A stretch of DNA of 64,000 nt from Candidatus Iainarchaeum sp. (lineage in GTDB: Archaea; Iainarchaeota; Iainarchaeia; Iainarchaeales; 1-14-0-10-31-34). Below are positions 1 to 8,620 of this stretch, piece after piece. Location: contig JAFCDN010000010.1 of assembly GCA_017609625.1 (NCBI GenBank), positions 9,153-73,152 of the forward strand, given 5' to 3'. The notes under the pieces are model-generated. The model saw nothing but the letters and a program-made list of their open reading frames with translations, did not search any database and was not told the DNA's origin. Within the stretch, counting starts at the first letter, position 1. Each line of letters opens with the position of its first letter. Both the position numbers and the translations under genes were made by a program.

Positions 1-350
1 TCTTCACTCCTTTAATCCAAAAAACATTTTTTCTTGGAATCTATGTTTTGGATGTTTCCAGAGCAAAAAATTTCTCTGATTCTTTCAGTGTAGCAGTACA
101 GGAATTAAATGCAATGAGCAATGGATCGAAAATTTCCGTTACAGCAGAGCCTTTAACTGAATGGAAAATAAAAACAGAAAAAGAAAAGCTGACAGTAAAA
201 GTTTTTCTTGAAAAATATTCCAAAGAAAAAACTTTTTCGTCTGAACAATTCAACATTATTCCTTTTGAAGAGTTTTCCTTAAAAGAAAAAACCCTTTTTG
301 TTCTGACAAAAACAGAAAAAGGAGTCAAAATAGAAATTCAAAAAGTTTAA
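1..350 (+). CDS. 3' end of a hypothetical protein; the reading frame is open from the window start
   Basis: Frame 3 is open from nt 3 to the stop at 348-350. K/E-rich, no recognisable motif. Confidence 0.3.
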   Translation, partial: FTPLIQKTFFLGIYVLDVSRAKNFSDSFSVAVQELNAMSNGSKISVTAEPLTEWKIKTEKEKLTVKVFLEKYSKEKTFSSEQFNIIPFEEFSLKEKTLFVLTKTEKGVKIEIQKV

Positions 351-359
351 ATCTTTTGG

Positions 360-1475
360 ATGCACAATTTGTGTATGAAAGTATTTTTTGACGGTTTTGA
401 CATCAGGGGAGAAAACTTTAGTTTTCTTGGAGAAACTGAAACAGAAACTTTTTCTATTAAAGAAAAGCCTTCCTTAAGTTTTTCCCGTTACAGCCTTCCT
501 TACCCTTTGCTTCCTTTCTTTAATTTTGCTTATTATCCAAAAAAATTCCTGCAAAAAAATAGGGTTGATTTGATTTATTCTTTCAAGCTTTTTCCTTTAA
601 ATAAAATCCCTTGGATTGCAGATGCAGAAAACTTCCATTATCTGAATTCTTTTTACAGTTATTTTCGCAGAGAAAACTTTTTTTCAAAAAAAATGAATTA
701 TTTAGGGTTAAAAATAATAAAAAAAGCCCTTAATTCAAACTATTGCAGAAAAGTTGTTCCCTGGAGCGAATACGCAAAAAAAACAGTTTTATCTTTTGGA
801 GGAAAACAATTAGAAAAAAAAATAACTGTTTGTTTTCCTGCAGTTAAATGCCCTGAACAGAAAATGAAAAAAGAAAGAGAAAAAATTTCACTGCTTTTTG
901 CTGCAACAAACCCTGTGTATAAAGGAACAGAATTTGTTTTTTCTGCTTTCGGTGAACTCAGAAAAAAATATGATGTTGAGTTAAACTGTTTTGGGAACTT
1001 TTCTGAAAAAACAAAAAAACAGTTTCCTGAAATAAATTTTGATCTTGTTTCTTATAAAAATTTTTCAGAAAAAGTTCTTCCAGAAAATGACATTTTATTA
1101 ATGCCTTCTTTAATGGAGTCTTTTGGTTTTACTGCATTACAGGCTTTTGCCAGTTCACTTCCAGTTATTTCTTCAGACATAATGGCTTTGCCTGAAATAA
1201 ACACAGAAAACAAAACAGGTTTTTTGGTCAACTTTCCAAAACAATATCATGAAAGCCTCTTTAAGAACCCTTTTTCTTTTTTTCATGAATCAAAAAAGCT
1301 TGATAAAGAAAAAATTGTTTCCAAGTTAGTCGAAAAAACTTCTTTGTTGATAGAAGATTCTTCTTTAAGAAAGCAGTTAGGAAGAAATGCTTTCAATGAA
1401 GTGCAAAACAGAAAGTTTTCCGTTGAGAAAAGAAAAAAATCTTTGCTTGAAATTTTTGCTGAAGCAATTAAATAA
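360..1475 (+). CDS. Glycosyltransferase, GT4 family (GT-B fold)
   Basis: C-terminal motif MPSLMESFGFTALQAFASSLPVISSD...GFLV resembles the E-x7-E sugar-donor signature of group 1 glycosyltransferases. The N-terminal half is divergent. Confidence 0.55.
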   Translation: MHNLCMKVFFDGFDIRGENFSFLGETETETFSIKEKPSLSFSRYSLPYPLLPFFNFAYYPKKFLQKNRVDLIYSFKLFPLNKIPWIADAENFHYLNSFYSYFRRENFFSKKMNYLGLKIIKKALNSNYCRKVVPWSEYAKKTVLSFGGKQLEKKITVCFPAVKCPEQKMKKEREKISLLFAATNPVYKGTEFVFSAFGELRKKYDVELNCFGNFSEKTKKQFPEINFDLVSYKNFSEKVLPENDILLMPSLMESFGFTALQAFASSLPVISSDIMALPEINTENKTGFLVNFPKQYHESLFKNPFSFFHESKKLDKEKIVSKLVEKTSLLIEDSSLRKQLGRNAFNEVQNRKFSVEKRKKSLLEIFAEAIK

Positions 1476-1836
1476 AAACTTTAACTGAAATTTCGCTTAT
1501 TTTTCCGTTCTTGTAATAAAAGCCAGAAACTTTTAATTCATCTTTTCCTTCTTTTCCTTTTATTTCAATTTTTTTTCCTTTGATTTCTATTTCTCCTTTC
1601 TGAAAAGGAAACATTTTTTTGAAGTCCTCTTTCAAATTCTTTTCTTCAAAATTTTTTGTTTTAATCCAGATTTTAATCAAATCATGCTCTTTTTGTATTG
1701 AATAAATTTTTTCCAAATCGCTTTTTTCTTTTTGAACAGGAATTGTCAGAATCAAGAGAAGAACACTAAAACTGATTAAAGCTTCCAAGGTAAAACTGAA
1801 GCCTTTTTCATTTGCATGCAGAAACAAACAAAACAC
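1468..1836 (-). CDS. Type IV pilin-like protein (class III signal peptide-like N-terminus)
   Basis: GTG start. N-terminus ...EKG-FSFTLEALISFSVLLLILTIPV is a KG followed by a ~20-aa hydrophobic helix with Glu near +5/+6. 4-nt-style overlaps tie it to a run of similar small ORFs. Confidence 0.4.
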   Translation of the reverse strand: MFCLFLHANEKGFSFTLEALISFSVLLLILTIPVQKEKSDLEKIYSIQKEHDLIKIWIKTKNFEEKNLKEDFKKMFPFQKGEIEIKGKKIEIKGKEGKDELKVSGFYYKNGKISEISVKVFI

Positions 1837-2182
1837 CTTTTTTTTCTTTTACTAAAACAAATCTTCTTGCTTCAAAACAATTCCCTTTCTTCTCTCCTGC
1901 AATTATTTTTTCTCCTTCAAATTCCAGTCTTATTTCCTTTAAATATTCTGGAAAATTTTTTTCTTCAATTTTTTTCAGCAAAGACTGGTCGATTACATTT
2001 TCTTCTACTCTCTTTTTTTCTGGATTATAAAATGCAATTCCTTTTTCTGGTTCTTCTGAATTTGAATTTTTAACAAGAGAATCTGCAAAAAATACTGCTT
2101 TGCTTTTAATGTAATAAAATTCTTCCACTTCCTTGTTTTTGTTTACAGTTTCTTCCAGTGCAGCCAGCATTAAAAAAAGCAT
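1808..2182 (-). CDS. Hypothetical small protein; an upstream in-frame extension encodes a pilin-like signal (DKG-LIGTDTLTAFLAALLMLFLML) with no canonical start
   Basis: The in-frame sequence upstream of the annotated Met reads *EWKNITDKGLIGTD... with no ATG/GTG/TTG. That frame is +1 relative to the upstream ORF. Confidence 0.3.
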   Translation of the reverse strand: MLFLMLAALEETVNKNKEVEEFYYIKSKAVFFADSLVKNSNSEEPEKGIAFYNPEKKRVEENVIDQSLLKKIEEKNFPEYLKEIRLEFEGEKIIAGEKKGNCFEARRFVLVKEKKGVLFVSACK

Positions 2183-2231
2183 TAGTAAAGCCGCAAGAAA
2201 AGCAGTCAGAGTATCAGTTCCAATTAATCCT

Positions 2232-2573
2232 TTATCTGTAATGTTCTTCCACTCCTACTTCAATTCCTTTTTCTGAATTGGCTATTTTTTTTGTAATTGT
2301 TTCTTCTTCCGCAATTTCTTTTTTTACTTTACTTTTTATTTTTCCTTTGTCAAAAAAGCAGTTTTCTTTTATTTCAATTTTTCCTCCTGAATTGGAGTAA
2401 ATTGAATCTGCAAGCACTGCGCATTTAACTGCGTCAGATTTTGCCAAGAGAAAATCCTTTTTTTCTTCCATCAGACTATTTGCGTTTTGCAGTGAATTCA
2501 AAAAAATTCCAATCAGCAAAAAGTAGGCCAGAAAAAAAACTGCGGCTTCAAGATTCAGCATTCCTTTCATCAA
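2232..2573 (-). CDS. Type IV pilin-like protein
   Basis: N-terminus MMKG-MLNLEAAVFFLAYFLLIGIF is the classic prepilin pattern: a basic residue, Gly, a hydrophobic stretch, and Glu at +5. Confidence 0.5.
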   Translation of the reverse strand: MMKGMLNLEAAVFFLAYFLLIGIFLNSLQNANSLMEEKKDFLLAKSDAVKCAVLADSIYSNSGGKIEIKENCFFDKGKIKSKVKKEIAEEETITKKIANSEKGIEVGVEEHYR

Positions 2574-3130
2574 ATCCCTTTTACTGCAACCTGTTTTACT
2601 GAATAATTAAATGGAATGAAAAAATTTCTGTTGGAATTTTTTTCTTTTATTTCCGCCCCAATCAAGTTGTTTTTTTCCAGTCCTCCGGTGTAAATAAACT
2701 CTACAAGGTAAACTGTTTCCTTTAAATTGATTACAATTGTTTTGCTGTTTTTTTCCAGAAACTCCTTTTCAACTTTTTTTCCTCTTATTTTTATTTTGCT
2801 GTATTTTTTGCCTGAATTCGCTTCTTTGAATTCAATTTCTTTTTCTTCGAGAACTGAAAATACTTCAATCAGTTTTTCTGAAATTTTTTCATTTAGTTTT
2901 TTTGGTTCTGTTGTTCCAAAAGCAATTTCTTTTTTTATTTCTTCTTCTATAACAGAATCTATTGTGTTTTCTAACAAATTTCTTTTGAATGAAGTGTTTT
3001 CTATTTCAATTAATTTTGCTTCAGCAAAATTTTTCTCTGAATTAAAAGAGCTTAAAGAATAAACCAGATTGAAATAGATTAAAATAAAGAAAAAAACCAG
3101 AACAAAAGCAATTAACCCCTTGTGTTGCAT
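2570..3130 (-). CDS. Type IV pilin-like / secreted protein with prepilin-like N-terminus
   Basis: N-terminus MQHKG-LIAFVLVFFFILIYF. It overlaps the downstream ORF by 4 nt. Confidence 0.4.
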   Translation of the reverse strand: MQHKGLIAFVLVFFFILIYFNLVYSLSSFNSEKNFAEAKLIEIENTSFKRNLLENTIDSVIEEEIKKEIAFGTTEPKKLNEKISEKLIEVFSVLEEKEIEFKEANSGKKYSKIKIRGKKVEKEFLEKNSKTIVINLKETVYLVEFIYTGGLEKNNLIGAEIKEKNSNRNFFIPFNYSVKQVAVKGI

Positions 3131-3184
3131 TCCAGAATTTGCTTTAGAAGCAGTTAAATAGTTTTTCTAACGTTGATTGTCGAA

Positions 3185-3796
3185 CTAAACCTTTACTTTC
3201 TTTTCGCTTGCTTTTGCTGCAAGGAATCCTGCAATTAATGCAAAAGCAACCAATAGTGTAATTAAATACGCCTGCTCTTTTATTCCTGTTTCTTTTTGTT
3301 CAGTTTCTTTTGTTTCATCTGTTGTTTCAGTATCCCCAACTTTATCTTCTTCTGGAGCTTTATAGCTTCCTGCAATTTTTGCTTCAGAATCTCTTAAATC
3401 ATTTTTGACTTCAGTTGTTGGTGCAGTAAACTGCATTTCAGAGCCTGCAAGTGCTCCCGTTCCGGTTCCAAAAATAATGTAAACCAAAAAAAGCATTCCA
3501 ACAATACTTGCCGCAAGCAGAATCATTATTTTTGGCTCGTTTTCCGGCTCCACTAATTTTTTTCCTTTTCTTGTCAAACAATAGTATTTCCATTTCCTTC
3601 CCTCATCTTTTTGCTGGATTAAATCAGATTTCAGCAGTGTTTCAATATGTTGTTTTATTGTGGGAGAACTCATATCAAGCTTTGCTGAAATCTCGCTTAA
3701 AGTATGATTTCTTTCATGCAAGAGTTTTATTATGTTGATTCTTGTATCTGAACTCAATGCTTTAAACTCTTCTCTGCCTATTTTCAGTTCATCCAT
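3185..3796 (-). CDS. ArsR/SmtB-type winged-helix transcriptional regulator fused to a C-terminal membrane anchor
   Basis: ALSSDTRINIIKLLHERNHTLSEISAKLDMSSPTIKQHIETL is an ArsR-type HTH. Two hydrophobic helices follow (MILLAASIVGMLFLVYIIF; LITLLVAFALIAGFLAA). Confidence 0.55.
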   Translation of the reverse strand: MDELKIGREEFKALSSDTRINIIKLLHERNHTLSEISAKLDMSSPTIKQHIETLLKSDLIQQKDEGRKWKYYCLTRKGKKLVEPENEPKIMILLAASIVGMLFLVYIIFGTGTGALAGSEMQFTAPTTEVKNDLRDSEAKIAGSYKAPEEDKVGDTETTDETKETEQKETGIKEQAYLITLLVAFALIAGFLAAKASEKKVKV

Positions 3797-4044
3797 TCTT
3801 TATATTTCGGTTTAAAGCCCTTTAAATAGCTTTCATTTTTTTAAGGCAAAATATTAAATATTCGAAAACGGGTTTTATTGTTTGTTTTTTATGAATTCAT
3901 AGTATTTTGAATCAGTTGTCCGTCAAGTTTTTTATTTCCAATGCTTAAACTTTTTTCCCATTCTTTTAGCATAAACTTTCCTAAGCTGATTTTTATTATA
4001 TAAATAAGGACAAGAGTTAAATACTTATTTAGCTTATTTAGCTT
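3797..4044. promoter_or_regulatory. Divergent intergenic region with a direct repeat TTATTTAGC x2 (4026-4043) abutting the ATG of the 4045 gene, and a palindrome AAAAC-GG-GTTTT (3865-3876)
   Basis: Read directly. It lies between the divergently transcribed ArsR-like gene and a membrane-protein gene. Confidence 0.35.
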
Positions 4045-5361
4045 ATGGCTTTATACTTTTCAAAAGCTTTAAGGGTTTTTGTTGAAACAGCTTCTTTTGT
4101 TTTTGCCAGAGTCATAGCTAATGCGTATTTTATTCTGTTTTCAGTAATTCTTGTATTCTTTTTTGTTTTTGTTCCGGATTTTCTGGGTTTAAGCTCCTTC
4201 CTGGTTGAAGTTTCCCTTGCAGCAGGTCTTTTTGTTTTTTTAATGTACTGGACTTTTTTCAGAAAAAGAATCATTTATGTTTTGAAGTCAGCGGAAATTG
4301 TTGCGGCAGCTGAATTCATTTCCGGAAGAAATGTTCCGATTACAAGACAGGCAAGCTTTGGTTATAATCTTATTAAAAAAAGCTTTTCTTCAATTTCAAA
4401 CTTCCGTAAATTTGAATTTCTGCCGCAAAAAGTTATAAAAAAGTTTTATGGAGCAGTAGGTTTTATTTCTTTCATTCCAAATCTGAATTCTGCAGTTTTT
4501 TCCTGTATTCTTTCTTATGTTTTTGCAGACCCTTCTGTTGACAAATACACTTCTCTAAGAGACGGGCTTGTTTTGTTCTACCAGAAAAAGAATTCTCTTT
4601 TATTTCAGATTTTTGCAATGCAGATATTTTCTTATATTATTTTTATTTTATCTTATTTTGTTCTGTTCATGATTTTTAATCCAACAATTCTCGCTTTTTC
4701 TTATCCTTTCAATTTAATGCTTTATTTTTCCCTTTTCCTTTTTGTTTTATTTTTTTATTCTTCTTTTTTGTCTCATTTCCTTATCTGCTGGCAAAGCGTT
4801 TTTTTCACTGAAACAGTAAAAAATGATGTTCCCATGAAAAAAACCAGAGCTTTAATTGAAAACTATTCTTTAGAGTTCAATGAAATTTCTTCCAAAGCAA
4901 AAGTTTTTGTTCCTTTGAAAAGCCTTTCTGCAAGGCACCTTCTTTCTGCTTTGGAAAAAACAAAAAAAGGTTCTTTTTTGGATGCACTTGACGGGGCAAT
5001 AAAAGACAGGGAAACCTTTGAAAAAGAAAGAAAAGGAGGGGAAGCATTAACAGATCTTGTTTCAAAAGTAACTGAAATAAAAACTTCTTCAAAAAAACAA
5101 AAGAACAAAAAAAGAGAAGAAAAACATAAGAAAAAAATGCAGGAGCGCTATAAAAAAGAAAGAGAATACAACAAAATCTTCAATTTACTGCTGGATTTTT
5201 TAGGAGAAGAATTAGGAAAAAAAGATTCTTATAAAATAACTTCAATGGAAAAGAAAGGAAAAGGCTGGACTGCAATTGTATTAATAAACGGGGAAAAGTT
5301 CAGGTTTGCTTTGGATTCAGAAGGCGAAGTAATAGATTTCAAAGAAATAAAAGAGATTTAA
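4045..5361 (+). CDS. Polytopic membrane protein with a charged C-terminal cytoplasmic domain (hypothetical)
   Basis: About 6 hydrophobic helices in the N-terminal 250 aa, then a K/E-rich tail. No recognisable motif. Confidence 0.35.
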   Translation: MALYFSKALRVFVETASFVFARVIANAYFILFSVILVFFFVFVPDFLGLSSFLVEVSLAAGLFVFLMYWTFFRKRIIYVLKSAEIVAAAEFISGRNVPITRQASFGYNLIKKSFSSISNFRKFEFLPQKVIKKFYGAVGFISFIPNLNSAVFSCILSYVFADPSVDKYTSLRDGLVLFYQKKNSLLFQIFAMQIFSYIIFILSYFVLFMIFNPTILAFSYPFNLMLYFSLFLFVLFFYSSFLSHFLICWQSVFFTETVKNDVPMKKTRALIENYSLEFNEISSKAKVFVPLKSLSARHLLSALEKTKKGSFLDALDGAIKDRETFEKERKGGEALTDLVSKVTEIKTSSKKQKNKKREEKHKKKMQERYKKEREYNKIFNLLLDFLGEELGKKDSYKITSMEKKGKGWTAIVLINGEKFRFALDSEGEVIDFKEIKEI

Positions 5362-5507
5362 CTGATATAAATAGTATATATTTTCTATATACCTCTGCCC
5401 TTTTCTTTCACAAAGAAAAATGCAAGTTGCCCAAAAGAAAGGTTTTCGTTTCACGAAAACGCGCATAGCGCCTATAATTTTAAGGAGTATTTGTATTTAC
5501 TTTTTCT
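5362..5507. promoter_or_regulatory. Candidate origin/ORB-like element and promoter upstream of orc1/cdc6
   Basis: Perfect dyad GTTTTCG-TTTCA-CGAAAAC at 5442-5460, flanked by an AT-rich stretch (atataaatagtatatattttctatata), immediately 5' of orc1/cdc6. Confidence 0.3.
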
Positions 5508-6635
5508 ATGCAAAACATTTTTTCCAAATCTTCCAGAATAAATGAAATCTTTAAGGATGAAAGAGTATTGTATCCTGAATTTCTTCCGGAAAATCTTCCG
5601 CACAGGGAAAAAGAAATTGAATCCTTGGCTTTTTGTTTCAAGCCAATTGTTTCTGGAAAAAAACCTTTTAATGCTATTGTTGTTGGAACTCCTGGAACAG
5701 GAAAAACTGTTTCAGCTAGATTTATGTTGTCACAATTGCAGGAATTTTCCGGCAGAGCAAAAAGTCTATATGTAAACTGCTTTGAATTCAATACAAGAAA
5801 TTCTGTTTTGTTTTTAATCTCAAATTTTGTTGGAGCAGCAATTCCCCGGAGAGGCCTTGCAACAGATGAAATATATTCAAAAATGCTTGATTACCTTAAA
5901 AAAATTGATTTTGTTCCAATAATTGTTTTGGATGAAGCCGACCAGTTAATTGCAAGAGAAGAAGGTTCAAAGCTTTTGTATGACCTTTTAAGAATAATTG
6001 AATTTGAAAAAATCCATTTTGGAATTATTTTGATTTCAAATGATTTCTTTCTTTCCTCTAAATTGGATTCAAGAGTCAAAAGCAGTTTAGCTGAAGAGTC
6101 AATTGTTTTTGAAAAATATTCTCCTGAACAGTTAAAAAATATTTTGAAAGAAAGGGCTTCTTTTGCTTTTTTTTCAAATGCACTGGAAAAAGATGTAATT
6201 AATGTTGCTGCAGCCCGTGCAGGGAAACTTGGAGGGGATGCAAGGATTGGAATTGAGTCTCTTTTAAAAGCAGGAAGAATTGCAGAAAAAGAAAACGCAA
6301 AAAAAGTTTCTTTAACTCATTTAAAAAAAGCTTTTTCTTCTATGGATTCTTCTTTGCTGAAAAAAGCTTTTCCTTTCCTGAGCAAACAGGAAAAAAGTAT
6401 TCTTGAATTAATTTCTTCTTTTGACGGGGTTTTTTCAGGAGAATTATTTGAAAAATACTCTAAAGTTAAAAATCATCTTGAATTAAGGCAGTTCCGTGCG
6501 ACAATTTCCAAGCTGGAAAATATGAACCTGATTTCCGCGCCTTTAGTGGAATTCAAGCCAAAAGGAAAAAGCAAATTCATTTCTTTAAAGGTTCCAAAAG
6601 AAGCTCTGCAAAAATTCCTCAAGGAAAAGAGTTAA
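5508..6635 (+). CDS. cdc6: Orc1/Cdc6 replication initiator (AAA+ plus winged helix)
   Basis: Walker A VVGTPGTGKT, Walker B IIVLDEADQL, and an ~375-aa length with a C-terminal wH typical of archaeal Orc1/Cdc6. Confidence 0.9.
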   Translation: MQNIFSKSSRINEIFKDERVLYPEFLPENLPHREKEIESLAFCFKPIVSGKKPFNAIVVGTPGTGKTVSARFMLSQLQEFSGRAKSLYVNCFEFNTRNSVLFLISNFVGAAIPRRGLATDEIYSKMLDYLKKIDFVPIIVLDEADQLIAREEGSKLLYDLLRIIEFEKIHFGIILISNDFFLSSKLDSRVKSSLAEESIVFEKYSPEQLKNILKERASFAFFSNALEKDVINVAAARAGKLGGDARIGIESLLKAGRIAEKENAKKVSLTHLKKAFSSMDSSLLKKAFPFLSKQEKSILELISSFDGVFSGELFEKYSKVKNHLELRQFRATISKLENMNLISAPLVEFKPKGKSKFISLKVPKEALQKFLKEKS

Positions 6636-6669
6636 ATATTACTGTTGCTTTATTTATTCAGGTGATGCA

Positions 6670-6966
6670 ATGGCAAAAAAGAAAACAAAAAAAGTTTCAG
6701 TTAAAAAATCTTTAAAGAATTCTTTTTCAATTCCTGATGAGGAAATGGCTTTCAGGATGGTTAAACTGTATTTTGAGGAAATTGCAAGGCTTGGCTTCAA
6801 AAGAACCTTGGATTTGGATGCAATAATCAATGCATACTTTTATTCTTTAACAAGACTGCAAAGAAAAGATACTGAAATGAAATTAATAAAAGAAAAAGTC
6901 CTGAAAGAAGAATCCGAGTTGGCAGAAGAAACAAAAGAAGAACTTTTCCCAGAGCCAGAGAAATAA
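6670..6966 (+). CDS. Small basic/acidic hypothetical protein
   Basis: ORF with a K-rich N-terminus and E-rich C-terminus. No motif recognised. Confidence 0.3.
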   Translation: MAKKKTKKVSVKKSLKNSFSIPDEEMAFRMVKLYFEEIARLGFKRTLDLDAIINAYFYSLTRLQRKDTEMKLIKEKVLKEESELAEETKEELFPEPEK

Positions 6967-6982
6967 TTTATTTTTTTCTTTT

Positions 6983-8620
6983 TTATATTTCTATTTCAAT
7001 TACTGAAACCTTTGTTTCTAACCCAAAGTTTTCCAGAACTTTTTGATTGACTTCTCCTAAAAAACCTTTTTTTCCGTTTTCAAACTGAATCAAAGCGCTT
7101 TTTCCCTGTTCTAAAAAAGAAATTGTTTCTTCTTTGAGCTTAAACTTCATGTTCAGTTCTTTTCCTATTGCTTCAAGAATGGATTTCACTTCATTGAAAT
7201 TTGTTTTTGCATGTGCTATGCAGACACATGCTTTCCATTTTTCTTCCACTCCAGTTTCTTTTTCTGGATTAAATTCAACTGTTCTTCCGACTTCAAAAAT
7301 CTTCTGCGGATAACTGCAATGCTTGTTTTTGCTTAAAAAACTCAAACTTTCTGGAAGCAGTTTTTTCCTGAATATTTCCCAGTTTAATGAAACAGGATTT
7401 GCAATCTGAACAAATTCTTCTTTTAGGTTCATTTTTTCTCCTTGAATTTCTTTTGAAGTCAAATGGTTTGAGGCAATCTCTTGCAATCCAAAACCAATAC
7501 ATAATTCCCTTACCTCATTTGTTTCCTTGCTTTTTTCTTCCAAACTTCCTAAAGTAAAAACATTCATTTCTTCTGGTTCAAGTTTATTGTAATCTGCTGC
7601 AATCGCAATATCTTCTATTACATCCCATACATGGATAATGTCTTTTCTGTAATCCCCAAACTTCACTTCCAAATTTTTTCCCTTAATTTTTCCTCTCATT
7701 CTTTTTTTCTCCAAAAGCTTCGGAATTTCTTTTATTTTGAATTCTGTTCCAAGCAATTCATTAACTTCTTTTAATGGAAAAATAATTTTTTCTTCTTTAA
7801 ACTCTGGAGAAACAATTTTTTTGTTTTTGTAATTCAGTTCAACTGAATAAATTTTTCCTCCTCTGTCTGCCAAAGCCATGCACATTATTTTTAATGCAAT
7901 GTCAATCAGTTCCTGGTTGAATCCTGTTACATCGACAAACAGATTTTTTGTTTTTGTGGTAATTTTTCCCGAGCTTTCTGAATTTATTATTGGAGGCATT
8001 GAAAGAACTTCATTTTTTTCGTCTGTTAGTAAAGGAAATTTCTCAAACTTTTCTATTAATTTTCCGTATTCTTTTCCTTTCTGATGTTTTATCAGAATTT
8101 CCCTTAAGCTCATGCTTTCAGAAAAACCAAGTGGAACAAATTCCATTGAAGGCTCTGCTGCAAAATATTTTACATTTCCTTTCACTTTATCAGAATCAAA
8201 CACTCCGATTGCAATCTGTTCTCTTTTTTTTCCAAAGCTCTGGCAGATTTTTTCCTGCAATTGAATTATCTGCAGTAAAACCTCTTCAGTGATTTTTACA
8301 TTTCTTACTTCAGCATAAGCTGCTTTAGGCCTTATTCCCTCTAATTTTTCATCAATAAACGCTTTTCTTTTTCCTTTTAATACTTTGTATTCTGGAATCC
8401 CTTTTTCTTTTCCAATAAAAGCTTTAATCTCTCTGGCAATCCCTTCTGTAGACCATAAATCCGGTCTGTTGGTATCCTTAATATCAATTTTTAGCGCATC
8501 ATCTTCTATTGCGTCTAATTCCCCTTTAGCGCAAAGAACTATTTCTTCTAATTCTTCTTTTGAAAATTTTTTTCCAATAAGTTCTTCTAAATCTTTTTTT
8601 GACGCTTCAATTGTAGGCAT
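6983..8620 (-). CDS. pheT: Phenylalanine--tRNA ligase beta subunit (archaeal type)
   Basis: N-terminus MPTIEASKKDLEELIGKKFSKEELEEIVLCAKGELD... is typical of archaeal PheT. It overlaps the stop of pheS by 1 nt (TAATG). Confidence 0.88.
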   Translation of the reverse strand: MPTIEASKKDLEELIGKKFSKEELEEIVLCAKGELDAIEDDALKIDIKDTNRPDLWSTEGIAREIKAFIGKEKGIPEYKVLKGKRKAFIDEKLEGIRPKAAYAEVRNVKITEEVLLQIIQLQEKICQSFGKKREQIAIGVFDSDKVKGNVKYFAAEPSMEFVPLGFSESMSLREILIKHQKGKEYGKLIEKFEKFPLLTDEKNEVLSMPPIINSESSGKITTKTKNLFVDVTGFNQELIDIALKIMCMALADRGGKIYSVELNYKNKKIVSPEFKEEKIIFPLKEVNELLGTEFKIKEIPKLLEKKRMRGKIKGKNLEVKFGDYRKDIIHVWDVIEDIAIAADYNKLEPEEMNVFTLGSLEEKSKETNEVRELCIGFGLQEIASNHLTSKEIQGEKMNLKEEFVQIANPVSLNWEIFRKKLLPESLSFLSKNKHCSYPQKIFEVGRTVEFNPEKETGVEEKWKACVCIAHAKTNFNEVKSILEAIGKELNMKFKLKEETISFLEQGKSALIQFENGKKGFLGEVNQKVLENFGLETKVSVIEIEI

